63,735 bases of DNA, filler included, from Craspedostauros australis (GCA_030167865.1; 8 parts of 8 records of this genome joined end to end with filler, not necessarily neighbours in it); one strand, 5' to 3'; shown: positions 1 through 13,670, numbered from the whole stretch's first letter. The notes: generated by a model from the letters alone, not told the origin. A program made the numbers and translations.

Positions 1-6
1 TCTGCT

Positions 7-1827
7 CTAACGAAAGGCCGGCTGCCGCATCGTCTGCTCCGCAGCCAGGAGTTCCAGCAGCAAGCTGTGACGATCTCCCATGCCTGGACGAACAACTCCT
101 CCTGATCTGGCTGCCAGAGCCGCTGATGCAGCCGCCGCCGCCGTCGCGGACACAGGAGCACCCACTCCCAGTCCGCCTGCTCCGACTCCGGCACCTACGC
201 CCGCGGTTGCTCCCAATGCCGACTGCAATGCCGCCATCTTGCGAGATGCAGCAAGACGCAGCGCCGCATCCAGAACATCCGACGTGTTCGGCGCAGACAT
301 CGGCGCGGCCAGCTGGGAAGGCTGCGATGCCAACGCCAGCTGGGCAAGGGCGGATGGATTGCCAGTGCCATTTCCAACAGCAGCGTTGGCAATACCGCCA
401 GCGGACACACCTGGGGTAGATAGAGCGTCCAGAAGCTGGGCCTTGGCCAATCGAGATCGCAGCTGGGCATCGTTGACTGCCATCAGCTTGAGTAGCTGCG
501 AGTCTCGCTGTTGCTGTTGCTGTTGTTGCTGTTGTCGCAGCTGGAGCTGCAGCTGTTGCTGCCTCTGATGCTGGAGGGCGAGCGAGGACAGTTGAGATGG
601 TCTGGATGCTGCTGCTGCTGCTGCCGCAGCTGACAAGCCGGGCAGACCGGACACCCTGAGCGCTGCGAGCCTTGCATCGATGTCAGCTTCTGCCCCAAGC
701 ATGGCGTTGGGGGCACCGACACCGGCAGCAGCACCAGTGGCATGACGATGCGTCACCGAGTTGGTGCCGACCGACGAGTCCAGCGATGACGTGCTGAAGG
801 TAGGGGCCAGGGCGGACTTTTGAATGGAGATCATGCTCACTGGTGGCGCACCTGATTCGCCCATTGCTGCCCCAGCGCCTGCCTGGGCATGGCCGTTGGC
901 TCCCATGCCCATGCCCATACCTACGCCCATGCCCGCATTCATCTCCACGTCCATGTTGGTCCCAGTGTGGCCCACCAAGCCGGCAGCGCCATCACCATCG
1001 AGCTGCGCTCGGCTGTGGCTGGTGGACACAGAGGCGGAGACAGAACCCGACGTCGATGCCGATGCGGCTGCGGAGAGCCGTCGGGCCCTGCCGTACGATC
1101 TTGGTGCCACGCCGCTCTCGCCGGATGACACCGTGTCAGGGGATCTCGATCTAGACCGTGATCGCATGGACATCGAAGCGGATCGAGCCTTGCTCCTCCT
1201 GGACAGCGGGGCGAAGTGGCCCTGCCCTTGATCCTGGCCTGTACCTGCACCCTGGGATGTGGATGGCGACTGGGATTGCGAGGTGGATTGTCCTGCCTGG
1301 CGAATCAAGTGCCGGAAGGCCTGCTTCGTCTTCTGGACCAGCAGCCGATCATCCTTGATCTCCAGGTACACCTCCGCATCCTCGACCAGGTGGTGATCGC
1401 GCTGGGGATCTGCCAAGGCGGCTGGCATCTCGTGGGCATCCAGACGACGCAGGAAGCGCCCGTTCTGGTTACGGATGTAGGTGACGACCCTCTTGGCCAT
1501 CTTGGTCTTCTCGCCTCGGATGCAGGCTGTCTTGTAGTTGTTGAACTGGTCCTTGATGAGGTTGCGGAAGGTGACGTTGCCGGGGTGGTCGTTGGGGCCA
1601 GTTCCACGTCCGAGAAGGACGTCGTTGGGGAGGATGTGCGTGACGTAGTTGGCCTCCTTGCTCTGCAACGTCCTGTGCATCATCGAGTACGGGTTGACGC
1701 CTCCCTCATTGTTGTCGTTGGTTGCATTAGGTGCATTAGGTGCATCCGTGGTGGTCACAGCCGACATGGCGGTTGCTTCTGTCGCCGTGAGGGAGGGTGG
1801 TAATGTGCTCTTGGAGTGTCCTGTCAT
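7..1827 (-). CDS. DUF6824-type protein, 606 aa, with S/R-, A/G- and polyQ-rich tail (same sequence as 13671-15491)
   Basis: Intronless ORF with ILPNDVLLGRGTGPNDHPGNVTFR...RGEKTKMAKRVV...NGRFLRR...QKTKQAFR, the diatom-expanded DUF6824 pattern. Confidence 0.85.
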   Translation of the reverse strand: MTGHSKSTLPPSLTATEATAMSAVTTTDAPNAPNATNDNNEGGVNPYSMMHRTLQSKEANYVTHILPNDVLLGRGTGPNDHPGNVTFRNLIKDQFNNYKTACIRGEKTKMAKRVVTYIRNQNGRFLRRLDAHEMPAALADPQRDHHLVEDAEVYLEIKDDRLLVQKTKQAFRHLIRQAGQSTSQSQSPSTSQGAGTGQDQGQGHFAPLSRRSKARSASMSMRSRSRSRSPDTVSSGESGVAPRSYGRARRLSAAASASTSGSVSASVSTSHSRAQLDGDGAAGLVGHTGTNMDVEMNAGMGVGMGMGMGANGHAQAGAGAAMGESGAPPVSMISIQKSALAPTFSTSSLDSSVGTNSVTHRHATGAAAGVGAPNAMLGAEADIDARLAALRVSGLPGLSAAAAAAAASRPSQLSSLALQHQRQQQLQLQLRQQQQQQQQQRDSQLLKLMAVNDAQLRSRLAKAQLLDALSTPGVSAGGIANAAVGNGTGNPSALAQLALASQPSQLAAPMSAPNTSDVLDAALRLAASRKMAALQSALGATAGVGAGVGAGGLGVGAPVSATAAAAASAALAARSGGVVRPGMGDRHSLLLELLAAEQTMRQPAFR

Positions 1828-2357
1828 TGTGATGGTCTTTGGGGATGGTCTTTGCAGTAGTATTTGCGATGGTTTGAGTTCTTTCTCCGACAGAGTGAGT
1901 ATCTGTTTGAGGAGCAGTGTGTGTTGTTACTCCAGTGCTGTTCCTGCTGCTGTTGATGATGATGATGTTGATGATGTGCGGTATTGTAGTGTTTGGTGCT
2001 GCTGTGTGATTGCGATTCTGGTTGTTTCTGTCTGCATCTGTGATTATGAGAATGGAGGGTGGCGAGAATGGATTCTGAATCTCTTTTCCTTCGCCTCCTT
2101 TCTGTTCTCACCCGTGGAGCTCGTACCGGTGTTAGTACGAGTACGAGCGCGAGTGGCGAAGTTTTCTCCTCCTTCGTCGCTTTTCTTCGTGTCAAATCGA
2201 ATGAGGCCTGCCATCGTCGCTTTCCGACGGTTCAGCGCCCAGCATGGAGTGCCCAGCGGAGAGTGCTTCTCTCTCATGCGCTTTCTCGTCTGCCTTCCCC
2301 TCCATTGGCCTGTCCGTTGGGACGGCAAGCAGGTAAATGCAGACGATCTTGCGTCCC

Positions 2358-2410
2358 TTTGTGCTGCTTTGTGCTGCTTTGTGCTGCTTTGTGCTGCTTT
2401 GTGCCGCTTC
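2358..2410 (+). repeat. (TTTGTGCTGC)n 10-bp tandem repeat, ~5 copies
   Basis: Directly visible. Confidence 0.9.
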
Positions 2411-2630
2411 GTGCGCTTTGCATCGTATTCTGTCACGTTGCGTCGATGTGTGTGGAAGACCTCGTGTCCAAGACACGCACATCGTGCTGCGAATGTCTGG
2501 CGAGACATTGCTCCTTGTGGTAGTGGTTTGAACAGAACTTTCCGTAGGATGGATCAGTCGCGAGATGTCTTGGATGGGCTTTATCGCACCATGTCTGGCA
2601 CCTCTTCCCTTGTGCACGACTTGGTACAGC

Positions 2631-2712
2631 TCGTAGTATGTATGGTACTCGTAGTATGTATCGTACTCGTAGTATGTATCGTACTCGTAGTATGTATCGT
2701 ACTCGTAGTATG
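2631..2712 (+). repeat. 18-bp minisatellite TCGTAGTATGTATCGTAC x4.5, upstream of the DUF6824 gene (mirror at 12786-12867)
   Basis: Directly visible. Confidence 0.95.
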
Positions 2713-5700
2713 CCAGTACGAGCTATGTACGACAAATGGCGCTCGCAGGTGCGGAATCAGCCTGTCACCTTGGTTTGCGTTTGTCTTTGCGGTCATGGTG
2801 ATTGCGGATCTTGTCTTGGTTGGGCCGTGAACTTTTGTCACTCGCAACTGTCGCAAGGTGTCGCAAGTCGCTGGAACTGCCCCTGATGTCCGCTCATGTT
2901 GTTCCATAGCAGCTGCCGCCTCTCTCTTGTCGCATCACTGGTTTGTCATTGACGGGCCGAAGATGTATGACTCTGTCGCCGGACGCACTCTCAGCTGATC
3001 GTTGTTGCGTGCTCGCATCGACAGCGGGGGTGTCGCAAGAAGGAAGTGGCGCTCTCCACCTTTTTGTCTTCCGCTCTTGTTCACGATACGCACTTGTCCG
3101 CCAACGGCAATTGTGGATGTCGTGATTGGGAGGGCGAAAGGATCAGGCGACAAAGTCTGCTTGCGTTTCTGTTCTTCTTCCGATCTCCAACATCAAATAG
3201 AAGATGTATCCTGCAAGTTACGCGCACGCGTACAGAATAGCTGGGTAGCGCAACATGGCTTATGTGCAGACTGGTGTGGTATGATCCACTAAATGATTGG
3301 CTGGAGGCGCCAATCAAAGACAGCAGGAACGTTTGATCGATGTTCCTGCATGAGCCAGGCAACAGTCTTATCGGCGTGCTCGTAATCACCCACACGATTG
3401 CTTTGGATGTCCTGGCTTCCGCTACGACTGAGGCTGATGCGCAGAGTACAGAATTGTGGTTGATGCGGGCAAGCCGAAAAATTCTTTCGCAAATGCCATC
3501 AAGAGAATGCCAGTCTGTGATTCTCGGGCTCCTTGTGCCCAGCGCGCCGCAAATAGAGCAGCCAGTGCCGAAAAAATATAACCACTCATAGCTCGAAGCA
3601 TGCATTCCTTGGCTTGGCTGAGGCAAAACCATTACCACACCATCGTGCCCGCACAACACGCCTCTGTTTCATCAAAATGTGAGATCTTTGCTCTGTTCGG
3701 TTCGTGTCAAGAGCAACAAATTATAGCTGCACCTACGACAGGCCTACGACAACTATTGATGTTCGACAAGCGTAGCCCAAGAGCCTAATCGGCATCTGTC
3801 ATTAACGAACATCTAATTGCACGTTAAACTCAGGTGTCCGTTTTGCAACACGGCAACAAACGGCCACTTGTTGGGCTTTGATTGCGTATTCTGCGAAATG
3901 CGCGAAGTCGGACAGTCTCATACCTCCCCGATCTCGCGACGAGGCAACACGAAGGTTGGTGCAGGGCACGATGGGACCACTCCTCCTGATGACGCGATCT
4001 CTGTCTGTTCCTCGCAATCACCTGCTTTCCATACACAATAGCACTATTGTGCTGGTGTGTGCACATGAAAACCATTAGAGTAGAGTGTGTAAAGTAGTCG
4101 ATCTATGGCCGACGGAATCGAGAAAGGTCACTGTCTCGGATTGTCAACATTTGATCCATTGCCGCGCATGAAAGACACCGGCATGGCGAGTTGATGCGAT
4201 ATCCACAAGTGTCTCATATCATGTAGTATGTAATGCTATGAATGATGCAAGACTTAGCTTGGACGAACGTGGTCTGATGCGGTGTTGCTGGAGGAACCAG
4301 CAGATGCCAGCCTGTGATGTTGCGATGTCCAACGGGTCTTCGTTCTCGTAAGCAATCCTGGTATTCCTCGTGTCCCCTCCCCCGCACGTACCAGTCGTTT
4401 GTCGCCAAACATCTTGTGGTCGATACGAAGTTGACCCAGCCACGATGCTGCATCAAATGCCAAGCAAGCAGGACTGAGTAGTGATGATGGTGACAACGAT
4501 GGCCCGTCGGGACCAACAGTGTCTACCCACTCTTTCAACAAGAGACAAGCATGATGGAATGCGTTGTTGGTTGGGATATGAGTTGCTTTCAAATGCTGTT
4601 GTCAAAGGAGCCTACCCCGGGCGTTGCTTGCATGCATTGAAGGTAGTTGACTCCCAGGTCCCTTTGGTTTCTCCATTCGCCAGCATCCAGCAGAGTACTG
4701 TACTATCGTGAGGGAAGTCATCGTCTTCAGGACTCCAAGATTCCAAAAATGGAGGGAAGGCATACCAAACTTGACTGTCGCGGTTCTTTGACGATGGACC
4801 GCTGGTGAAGAGTGTCCAACGAGAAGCCAGCAATCATTGACTTTTATGCTTTGGTCTTGGCGCTTCGGTGCATCGCAGCTGTTGAACCAAGCTGCTGGTT
4901 GCCGCCATTGCATTCGATTGGACGGACTGCGCACTTCTTCGTATTCGTAGCTGCGAGATCGTCCGCTCTTCCGATCCACCGTTTTGGGGGGTCGAATCCC
5001 ATCTTGTCTACTCAGGCTTCAGGTGGCTTCATCCACGCTCACACGGCCGTCTCATGATGAAATCCTCTCTGCTTCCTGTTTGATGCGTTGACCATTACGA
5101 AGAGAATGGAGATATGTGAATATTGATGGATGGGTGGATGGATGCATGGATAGAGATCGAGAGAAAGATGGAGAGAGGAGGAAGACTGGGTCTTGTTTTT
5201 GCGATGTCGTCATGCGCTTGCAGGCACTATCAGTGCCGAATGGATGCTTTGCGTTTTCCCATCGATACTGGTATCATCCTGTGAGTGCAATGTTCTTGAC
5301 CCAGAACAGCATTCGTATTAGTATTAGTAGTCATACGATACCGTGAAGGCGGAATCTGAGGCACATGCGACATGGCATGAGGATCACCATTGGTTGTCTT
5401 CCTCGTGGCAGGCAAACTTGCGCTTGATCGCATCCTTCCTGTCGTGACAAGATACCCATGCTGATGAATTGATGCGATCGTTCCGTCATACCATCGCAGT
5501 TGTCCCCGCGCCAGCCTGGATCCAAGAAAATGCAGAACTCTGTTGCCCCAACGTGGTACCGCCAACCTGATACACGGAAAGCGAACGAACGAGAGGCCTC
5601 ATCACAATGTTCAACCAGGATACTTCTTGTTTTCGTTGTACTTGGACCATTCCCGATGTCTGTACCTGCACGGATGTCTGTACCTGCATCATTGTCGGCA

Positions 5701-7288
5701 GGCGTGCGCAAAATCGACTCCCAAGCATGTGTGGGAATGCTCTTCTCTGCTCGTAGCAAGAGTACCCGTATTTGCGTTTTCGGTGAGGTACACTCATACT
5801 GCGGAGAGTGCTCGGAAGGTCCGATTCCTTCACATCTGATAGGCAGCAAACAGAGCGCATTGCATCGATACTCTCATAGGCCTACCATGCTTCCATGGCT
5901 TACAGTGATGGTGCATGCCAACGATGAGCATGTATCCCCAGTGGTACTTGTCGTTCTAGTGAGTTTATGTTTGAAACATCACGACGTTCTGCTCCCAAAT
6001 ACGCTTCATCATACCAAGAATCCTTCGTTTGTTCCTTCGTTTGTTCCTTCGTTTGTTCGCGATGGCTGCGCACACGTTTTTAGCAGAGAACGTGCACGAA
6101 GTGCCTTCATTTTGTCCGCTCGCAGAGTCGCGATCATTCGCTGGTGACGTGGTTTTGCAATGCCACCATACTCGTACTCGTACCATACTTGCGTCTGTTG
6201 TTGCGAGATCGATGCTCATTGTCACTTGCGCTCGGGAGTAGGACACAATCCTCCATCACGTTGGTGCGTACTATTCGTATTATACCTCAAAGAGCATCGG
6301 GCAGGCACTGGCTTTGAGCAAAAACAAACAAACAACAAAGAAACAAACAAAGGTGGTCAAGAATTGTCAACATGGTGAAAGCGTCACGGTGCATGTCATC
6401 TCATGGATCAGATTGCTTGTGTTAGGCATAAACAGTGTCCTCTAATGCAACCTGCAAGAACCTGCGTTTCCGCTCAGAGTTGGGCCCCTTCTCCCGGAGG
6501 CGTGATGATCCCTACGGTATTGGTGTGCGAGAGGTCCATCAGATACCCAAACAAGACGACGCCACGATGGATGCGTGGTCATCAGGTTCGCATTCGTGTT
6601 CTTCCAGGAATAGCGATTTCGTTTGCGGACGATCCAAGTAAAAACGGGGCGAAGGGTGCCAGCGGAAGCAAAACTCCAAACTCCGACACGCGCGAGGACC
6701 ACGCCGCGATCATCACCTCTCACATTCCTCCTGTTCGTGGCCCCATCCTCGACAAACCGGTATCGACATGAACTGCTTTTTTCTGTCTATTGGTATGATG
6801 CATTTGGCTTGCTGTGCACGAGTATCATAGTTGTAGCTATTTGGTCCACGAGAGGATCTGAAATTGGATCAATCTGATGCTTTGGTGTGGTCACTCCTGG
6901 ATCGCAGTGGCGCGTTCACAGCACTATATCTAGTCGAATGGGTGATGCTTCTGTGCTGAGCTCCACAAAAGCGGAAGGGATGTGAAGTCGTCATTGGCAG
7001 TTCACCACATTGCGATCAGAAAATGCCGACGAATGTTCGCTGTTGGAATAGGACTGCCTCGCGTGGGCATGGTTGTGGCTGCGCTTCAAGTCAACCTGTT
7101 GAGGACTTCGGTGAGCCGTTCCGTCCTTTGCTGTGCAGAGCCACGCTCTTCGTTTCCTCCTCAGCCTGACGGAATCTCTCTCCATTGTGATGGCATCGTT
7201 GGTCATTGCAGACGTAATGTCACTGGCAAGAGGTAGCGGTAGAGCATTGTTAGGTGCTCTCCTGGAGGTGGAACGCAATAAAAAGAAA

Positions 7289-8998
7289 TCACTCAGGTGA
7301 TGGCTTCTTGGTCTCCAGGAACTTCAGCAATTCGGTATACGGTAACCCTTCTTGTTGCGAGTTGTTGGATGCAGCGGTTGCATGGATGTTGCTGCTATTG
7401 CTGTTGTTGCTGACACCGCGAAGACTGAGGTACGCTTGAAGCAAACGTTCGTCATCGTTCGATTGCTGCTCGTTCAGCATACTGTGATGGAACATGGACT
7501 GCATCTGTCCCGTTGGTGGCGAGGTAGGGGACAATGGATTGTAATGCGGGCTGGTGGATGCTCGGGCTGGGTGGTCACTCTCCGAGGCTAAAAGCCTCCT
7601 CAGCACATCAATGGCGGCATCTTGCGTCAACGAATCGCTGTTGGCAAGACCTGCCATGCTTCGAGCCGACCTCATCACCTCCACCATGGATCGATCTGCA
7701 CTTGGCGTTGCTACACCATGCGATATGAGCGAAGAAGGGGGCTGCCTGAGCTGTCCCAGATACGGCTCATTTGGCTGAGTTGCGTTCAGCAGAGAGTTGA
7801 TGTTTCCAGGATTGTGCGATATGGTGGGTGCATTGCGCAAGGGCATCTCCATGCTGGCCTCAACGGCAATGGAACGAGGATTGGCAAGGCGTGCTGCCAA
7901 GGCCTGGCGCAATATAGCATGCGACTGCGTGAGGTCGTCGGAGGGCATGTTCTGGGCGGCGTTAAGACGAGCTATGTTTGCAAGACGCCCCATCTCCATC
8001 TCAGAATTGCTCAGGGCACTTAGATCCATGGCCAGAGACTGTAGCTGTGATTGCTGTTGCTGCTGCTGCCTCCCTGCCAGTAGCTCCTGGAGCAACGATC
8101 CCCGATTGGGGTGATGTGCGATTGGATGCGTCTCCTGCAGATGGAGAGCCCTTCGCTCTGGCTTTGGGCTGGACAACAATGGAAGTCTGTGGCCGCTGAT
8201 GTTGCTGCTGAACTCGCTCTCATGCTGCGCATTGTGTTCCTGGATTTGACTTGCCACCCCTGCTGGTGCATTTAGCGGGTGTGTCGCCAGGTTCCATCGA
8301 TCGAGTGCCAGAGGTACGCGTCCAGGCACGTCGCCCGCAAGTTGTAGCTTTTCGAGACGACTGTCATTTGTTGCCGGGAGTGAAGGCAGCTGTATTCCAT
8401 TCATACTCCTTGCTTGACCAGGAAGGGCGGCATGTTGCTGCGCTCTTCTCGGGGCGGATTGACGGATGAGGTGCCGGAATGCTTGTTTGGTCTTTTGGAT
8501 TAGCACGCTTTCGTTGGTCTCCTCGACGTACAGGTCTTGGATGTCGCAGGAAGGTGGCAACTCTTGGACAGCCTGAGCACCCGTCGCAGCTTGCTCGTTT
8601 GGACGCGACGGCGAGTCTCCCTCCTCGCTCTGCTCGTCTTGGTCGGCAGAACTATCAGTAGGCTTCTTCTCGCTGCCATCACGGGACGCGTGCGGCGATG
8701 CGGCCTCCGCACCGCCCGATTTCTTCGTTAGCATGGCCATGGCTGCGGACGCTTCAGAGAGCTCGTGGGTGGCGAGCCTCCTCAAGAAGCGACCGTTCTG
8801 CTCGCGGATTCGGCGAACGACGCGCTGTGCGATGGCTGTCTTTTCGCCTCGCTTCCTGGCCTGACGGTACTCTTCATAGTTGGACTTTATCATCTCACGG
8901 TAGGTAACATTGCCGAGCCGATCATTCGGTCCGGTGCCCCTGCCGAGCAGCACATCGCGGTGCTCAATCTTGTGGACGAAAATCTTCTTGGCTGACAT
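7289..8998 (-). CDS. Second DUF6824-type protein with Q/S/N-rich tail; paralog of the 606-aa gene; probable start MSAKK at 8998
   Basis: HRDVLLGRGTGPNDRLGNVTYR...RGEKTAIAQRVV...QNGRFLRRL...QKTKQAFRHLIRQ shared with the first gene. Confidence 0.85.
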   Translation of the reverse strand: MSAKKIFVHKIEHRDVLLGRGTGPNDRLGNVTYREMIKSNYEEYRQARKRGEKTAIAQRVVRRIREQNGRFLRRLATHELSEASAAMAMLTKKSGGAEAASPHASRDGSEKKPTDSSADQDEQSEEGDSPSRPNEQAATGAQAVQELPPSCDIQDLYVEETNESVLIQKTKQAFRHLIRQSAPRRAQQHAALPGQARSMNGIQLPSLPATNDSRLEKLQLAGDVPGRVPLALDRWNLATHPLNAPAGVASQIQEHNAQHESEFSSNISGHRLPLLSSPKPERRALHLQETHPIAHHPNRGSLLQELLAGRQQQQQQSQLQSLAMDLSALSNSEMEMGRLANIARLNAAQNMPSDDLTQSHAILRQALAARLANPRSIAVEASMEMPLRNAPTISHNPGNINSLLNATQPNEPYLGQLRQPPSSLISHGVATPSADRSMVEVMRSARSMAGLANSDSLTQDAAIDVLRRLLASESDHPARASTSPHYNPLSPTSPPTGQMQSMFHHSMLNEQQSNDDERLLQAYLSLRGVSNNSNSSNIHATAASNNSQQEGLPYTELLKFLETKKPSPE

Positions 8999-10234
8999 GC
9001 CAGCTGCCTTGCTCACACGTTGCTTCTTCGTGGTGGTCACGACCCAACGATGGAGATTCGGGCTGGCGGTTTTATGCAATCGGCGTGGATCCAAGCAGCA
9101 GCTGTTTGGAGCAGGAGCGTTCAGTAGCATTGAGAAGCACATATAAATGCACAATCATCCATATGAAGCCAAGTTTGACGTGAAATGACCGAGAGGGAGG
9201 CAAAGAATGGACGTGTTAGTTGAATGCAGAAGATAGAAGGCACGGTCAGGGAACCTCCATCCCGTGTGTTGGACATGATTGTGGCAAGAGGTGGGCCGTA
9301 GACCATTCGCCGGACTGAGATGGCTCATGAGCTTACATTTGCTGCCAACCAGGACAATGCTGAGGTCAGGCGTGAAGTCGTGAGGGCTGGATTGATGAGT
9401 GTGTAGAGCAGTTAGGTGCAGTTCGTCAAGGTGGGTCGAGGTGCGAGTAGATTGCTCGTTGTGCACTTTGGCAGATCACAGGCAACAGCGATGACGTTTG
9501 CTGGCCCTTGCTGCCGGCACTCTCTGTGATGGCTCGTGAGTCTTTCTGGTTGCTGCTCCTATCTGCGGTAGCGTGCGAGTATGTCAGGAGGTCGAAGCTG
9601 GCGTTTGGGGAAGAAAGCTCGTGCGATTGTTCTTGTCGATGCGATATGGTACGATAGCTCTTACGATTTTGTACTGGGAGGGCCTTATACACTGTGATTG
9701 TCAAGCACCGAGCTTTGCCTCTCTCCAGTATAGAGCGGACGGTTCGATCGCGATCGTGGATGGAAGTAGATGCTTCAATCGAAATATCTTCCCTGCTCTT
9801 TCTGGCGCTGCTCGTGTTGCGACGGCTGCTGTTGTTGGTGTTGCTGTTGTTGTTGTTGCTGTTGTTGTGGCTGTAGCTATCTTCCTTTTGACAACGAAAC
9901 GAGTGGCGTTTCCCCCGGACTCGAGTTGGATCGATCAAGCAAACAGTAGATGGCTGAGTAATCGCTATGTGACAGTGTTGACGTGAGCGCCGCGTGCGCT
10001 AAGTCTGAGGTCAGTTTGGAAACACCCGCTGCAGGCCGCTTCTGTTTTCCTCCTCGATCAGAGCCTGATTGGATGTTCTTTTCCGTTGCCCCAGCCTTCG
10101 TCCTTCCACCTTTGTGTCGTTGGTTGCGCTCGACGAACCGTTTCATCTGCTGGGCATGGCTTTTTGCGTTGGTTTGGTTGAGCGATTGTATGTGCACACG
10201 GCGATGATGAAAGTCGACGATGCTCCTTTGAGTG

Positions 10235-10286
10235 GGTATGGTATGGTATGGTATGGTATGGTATGGTATGGTATGGTATGGTATGG
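10235..10286 (+). repeat. (GGTAT)n microsatellite, ~10 copies
   Basis: Directly visible. Confidence 0.95.
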
Positions 10287-12498
10287 CAGGTGTGTGCTCT
10301 GCGAGTATGCGACAGCAGCTGCTCTGACACCTGTTCAGCAACTCTTGCGGCCCGAGTAGCGCACGAGCACCCGTGAGCGCTCCACGAGTATGATGAACTA
10401 CGGCGCTTGTACCCACAGTGGAATCTTGGTGGGGCTGGTACCGGCGCTGGGCTCAACGCTGGTGGCAGCAACTGCCCAAAACCACCTGCTCGCAATCGTC
10501 GCACGAATACGGTTGTGTCGCAGAGGAGTCTTTTGTCGCTCGGTGTATCGTTGTGCGCAGATATTATGTGATACTACTACCTAAGTGCTGCGGCTCGCAT
10601 GAACTGCGGCCAAGTGTGGCCGACCTGGGGGCGCATGGCACGCATCTCAGGCTTTGTGAGTTCTCCGTCGTCTCCCAGCGAGGAGAAAATCCATCACGAG
10701 CAAATTCCGAACAGCAGAAAGGCACAGAGATAGAGCGAAAGATCGACGAGGCGTGTCTGCGTGGTGTCCAATTTACGCTGTTCGCTCCAGATGGAGAATA
10801 AGTTTTGCTGCCTCGACATAAATCGTGAGTTGTAGCGACTGCTCGGCGCCTTCGTCATTGCGCATCCGTCGCGTATGACCCACGATATGAGGTCATACGA
10901 TGAGGGACAAACGTGTCTGACCTGTTGCCCTTTGTTCGCAGCGCGATGCCAAGAGCCCGAATTCCAACCATGACGCGGACAATTCAAGGCGCCGGAAGGA
11001 AACTATTCTTCCGCTGCGCAAGTGCATGGAAAAAAGTACCATGATCTCTGACCTCCACAACACGAAACCACAAGGATGACACCGCGCCACAAAACACAAC
11101 ACAGCACAGCACAGCACAGCACAACGCAACACGGCACTAATCGAGGCCGAATGCAGTCGCAGTCTCTCCGTTCACACAGGCGTTTACATTTCCCGTCGCA
11201 CCGGTACTCAAGGATGGCGGAATGAGCGTTCCTTGCAGCGACAAGGGACAAGAGAATCCGTGGAGAAATAACAACCAAGACACGACTTCGTGTCAGTTGA
11301 TGGAGCGTTAATACGTCCGGCTTCTCCAACCCGCAATAATTATCTAGTGTTCGGAGAGTTTCTGTTTTCTGTTGATGTTTTCCTGATTCGGTGTCTGCGC
11401 TTCCGGCCACATTTTGCGCAACGGACAAAACAACAACAAAGCAAATCGAGCCTTCTTGAACCTTGCAGAACCGCAGCGACTTCCTCCGCACCAACCAACC
11501 GTTTCCGACTCACATCAAGGCACATCGAGCCAACACCCACACAGCACCAAGGTGTGACAGCATGAAATCAGTTTTGTGGTTCGAGCTCCGACCAAAAGAA
11601 GTGTTGAAGCAGGAGAAACGTGAAGGAGTGCGCGTACCAAGCTGTCTTCTACAGCGCTCTCTCGGATTGTCAGCCAACCACCGAATCAGCCATGTCCGAC
11701 GCCGTGTCTCGTGAGCGAGAGCCGACGAAGAAACCGGTGGACTCTCTTCCGGTGGTGGTATTGAGACAAGTGGACATTGTACTTAGCGAGAGAGGAAAAT
11801 TCACTGGCTATGTTATGATACATTCGTCCCCAAGTGCTCCTGCCACACCACCAGGGCCAACATAATGGTCGAGTACCACGAGGAATAGAGATTGGCAGAG
11901 ATGAGCAGCGACGGGTAGGGATAGTGTAATAACTGGGTGGAATCTCAGATTCTGGTGGTAGCAACCTCCGTCACGAATTCGGTCAATGGGATGCAAACGC
12001 TTTCTTGTTGGCCTCGTATCTCGTGCGCCGCTACCGCCGCGTGTATCTCTACGAACATTGCAGAAGAGGAAAGTGCATCACTGTTGCAGTCCCTCTGGTC
12101 GACGATCGCGCCATGGTTGAGTAGTTCCGTCAGATTCGCCTGTTTAGAAAAGGTGTAATAACACATCGAACGCTCCAACTACACTCATCTTGGTAGTATT
12201 CGAATGAGTCGTGTGGTATTCGTGTACCACAGGACGAATACTGATGCAGTCACGAGACTCTTCGTGTGTGATGAATCGTAATGTTATGATATCCGCAATT
12301 GCCGCAACTCCCATGTGGGATCGCTTTCTCGTCTCACAGACTGACTNNNNATTCAGATATATTGATTCCTCAATTCCACACCATCTTGTTGACACCTTGC
12401 AATTCAGATATATTGGTTCATCCAATAGATCTGAATAAGAGGTCCTCAATTGCACAGCTTCAGAATTATGGCAGTACTGGTCATCGTGGACCTGAACG

Positions 12499-12598
12499 NN
12501 NNNNNNNNNNNNNNNNNNNNNNNNNNNNNNNNNNNNNNNNNNTTAATTAATTAANNNNNNNNNNNNNNNNNNNNNNNNNNNNNNNNNNNNNNNNNNNN
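12499..12598. other. Artificial contig spacer N44-TTAATTAATTAA-N44 (also 35056-35155, 43088-43187, 45850-45949, 51319-51418, 54880-54979, 57834-57933)
   Basis: Identical 100-bp linker with stops in all six frames, present seven times. Confidence 0.98.
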
Positions 12599-13670
12599 AC
12601 ATGAGCGGACATCAGGGGCAGTTCCAGCGACTTGCGACACCTTGCGACAGTTGCGAGTGACAAAAGTTCACGGCCCAACCAAGACAAGATCCGCAATCAC
12701 CATGACCGCAAAGACAAACGCAAACCAAGGTGACAGGCTGATTCCGCACCTGCGAGCGCCATTTGTCGTACATAGCTCGTACTGGCATACTACGAGTACG
12801 ATACATACTACGAGTACGATACATACTACGAGTACGATACATACTACGAGTACCATACATACTACGAGCTGTACCAAGTCGTGCACAAGGGAAGAGGTGC
12901 CAGACATGGTGCGATAAAGCCCATCCAAGACATCTCGCGACTGATCCATCCTACGGAAAGTTCTGTTCAAACCACTACCACAAGGAGCAATGTCTCGCCA
13001 GACATTCGCAGCACGATGTGCGTGTCTTGGACACGAGGTCTTCCACACACATCGACGCAACGTGACAGAATACGATGCAAAGCGCACGAAGCGGCACAAA
13101 GCAGCACAAAGCAGCACAAAGCAGCACAAAGCAGCACAAAGGGACGCAAGATCGTCTGCATTTACCTGCTTGCCGTCCCAACGGACAGGCCAATGGAGGG
13201 GAAGGCAGACGAGAAAGCGCATGAGAGAGAAGCACTCTCCGCTGGGCACTCCATGCTGGGCGCTGAACCGTCGGAAAGCGACGATGGCAGGCCTCATTCG
13301 ATTTGACACGAAGAAAAGCGACGAAGGAGGAGAAAACTTCGCCACTCGCGCTCGTACTCGTACTAACACCGGTACGAGCTCCACGGGTGAGAACAGAAAG
13401 GAGGCGAAGGAAAAGAGATTCAGAATCCATTCTCGCCACCCTCCATTCTCATAATCACAGATGCAGACAGAAACAACCAGAATCGCAATCACACAGCAGC
13501 ACCAAACACTACAATACCGCACATCATCAACATCATCATCATCAACAGCAGCAGGAACAGCACTGGAGTAACAACACACACTGCTCCTCAAACAGATACT
13601 CACTCTGTCGGAGAAAGAACTCAAACCATCGCAAATACTACTGCAAAGACCATCCCCAAAGACCATCACA

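Larger units (their letters stand above)
1..2899. repeat. Inverted duplicate of 12599-15497 (overlap between adjacent contigs)
   Basis: ORFs map as x to 15498-x with identical translations; the second copy starts right after a spacer. Confidence 0.95.

Noticed and set aside
1649..2830. 393-aa ORF with VVCIVL repeats (mirror 12668-13849)
   Set aside because: Antisense/upstream frame kept open by simple repeats; no domain recognised
11690..11920. Possible fourth DUF6824 remnant (VDIVLSERG...EYHEE*RLA)
   Set aside because: Needs a frameshift, spacing is wrong and GRFL is absent; too weak
12543..12554. Recurrent palindrome TTAATTAATTAA
   Set aside because: Artificial six-frame-stop linker inside N spacers
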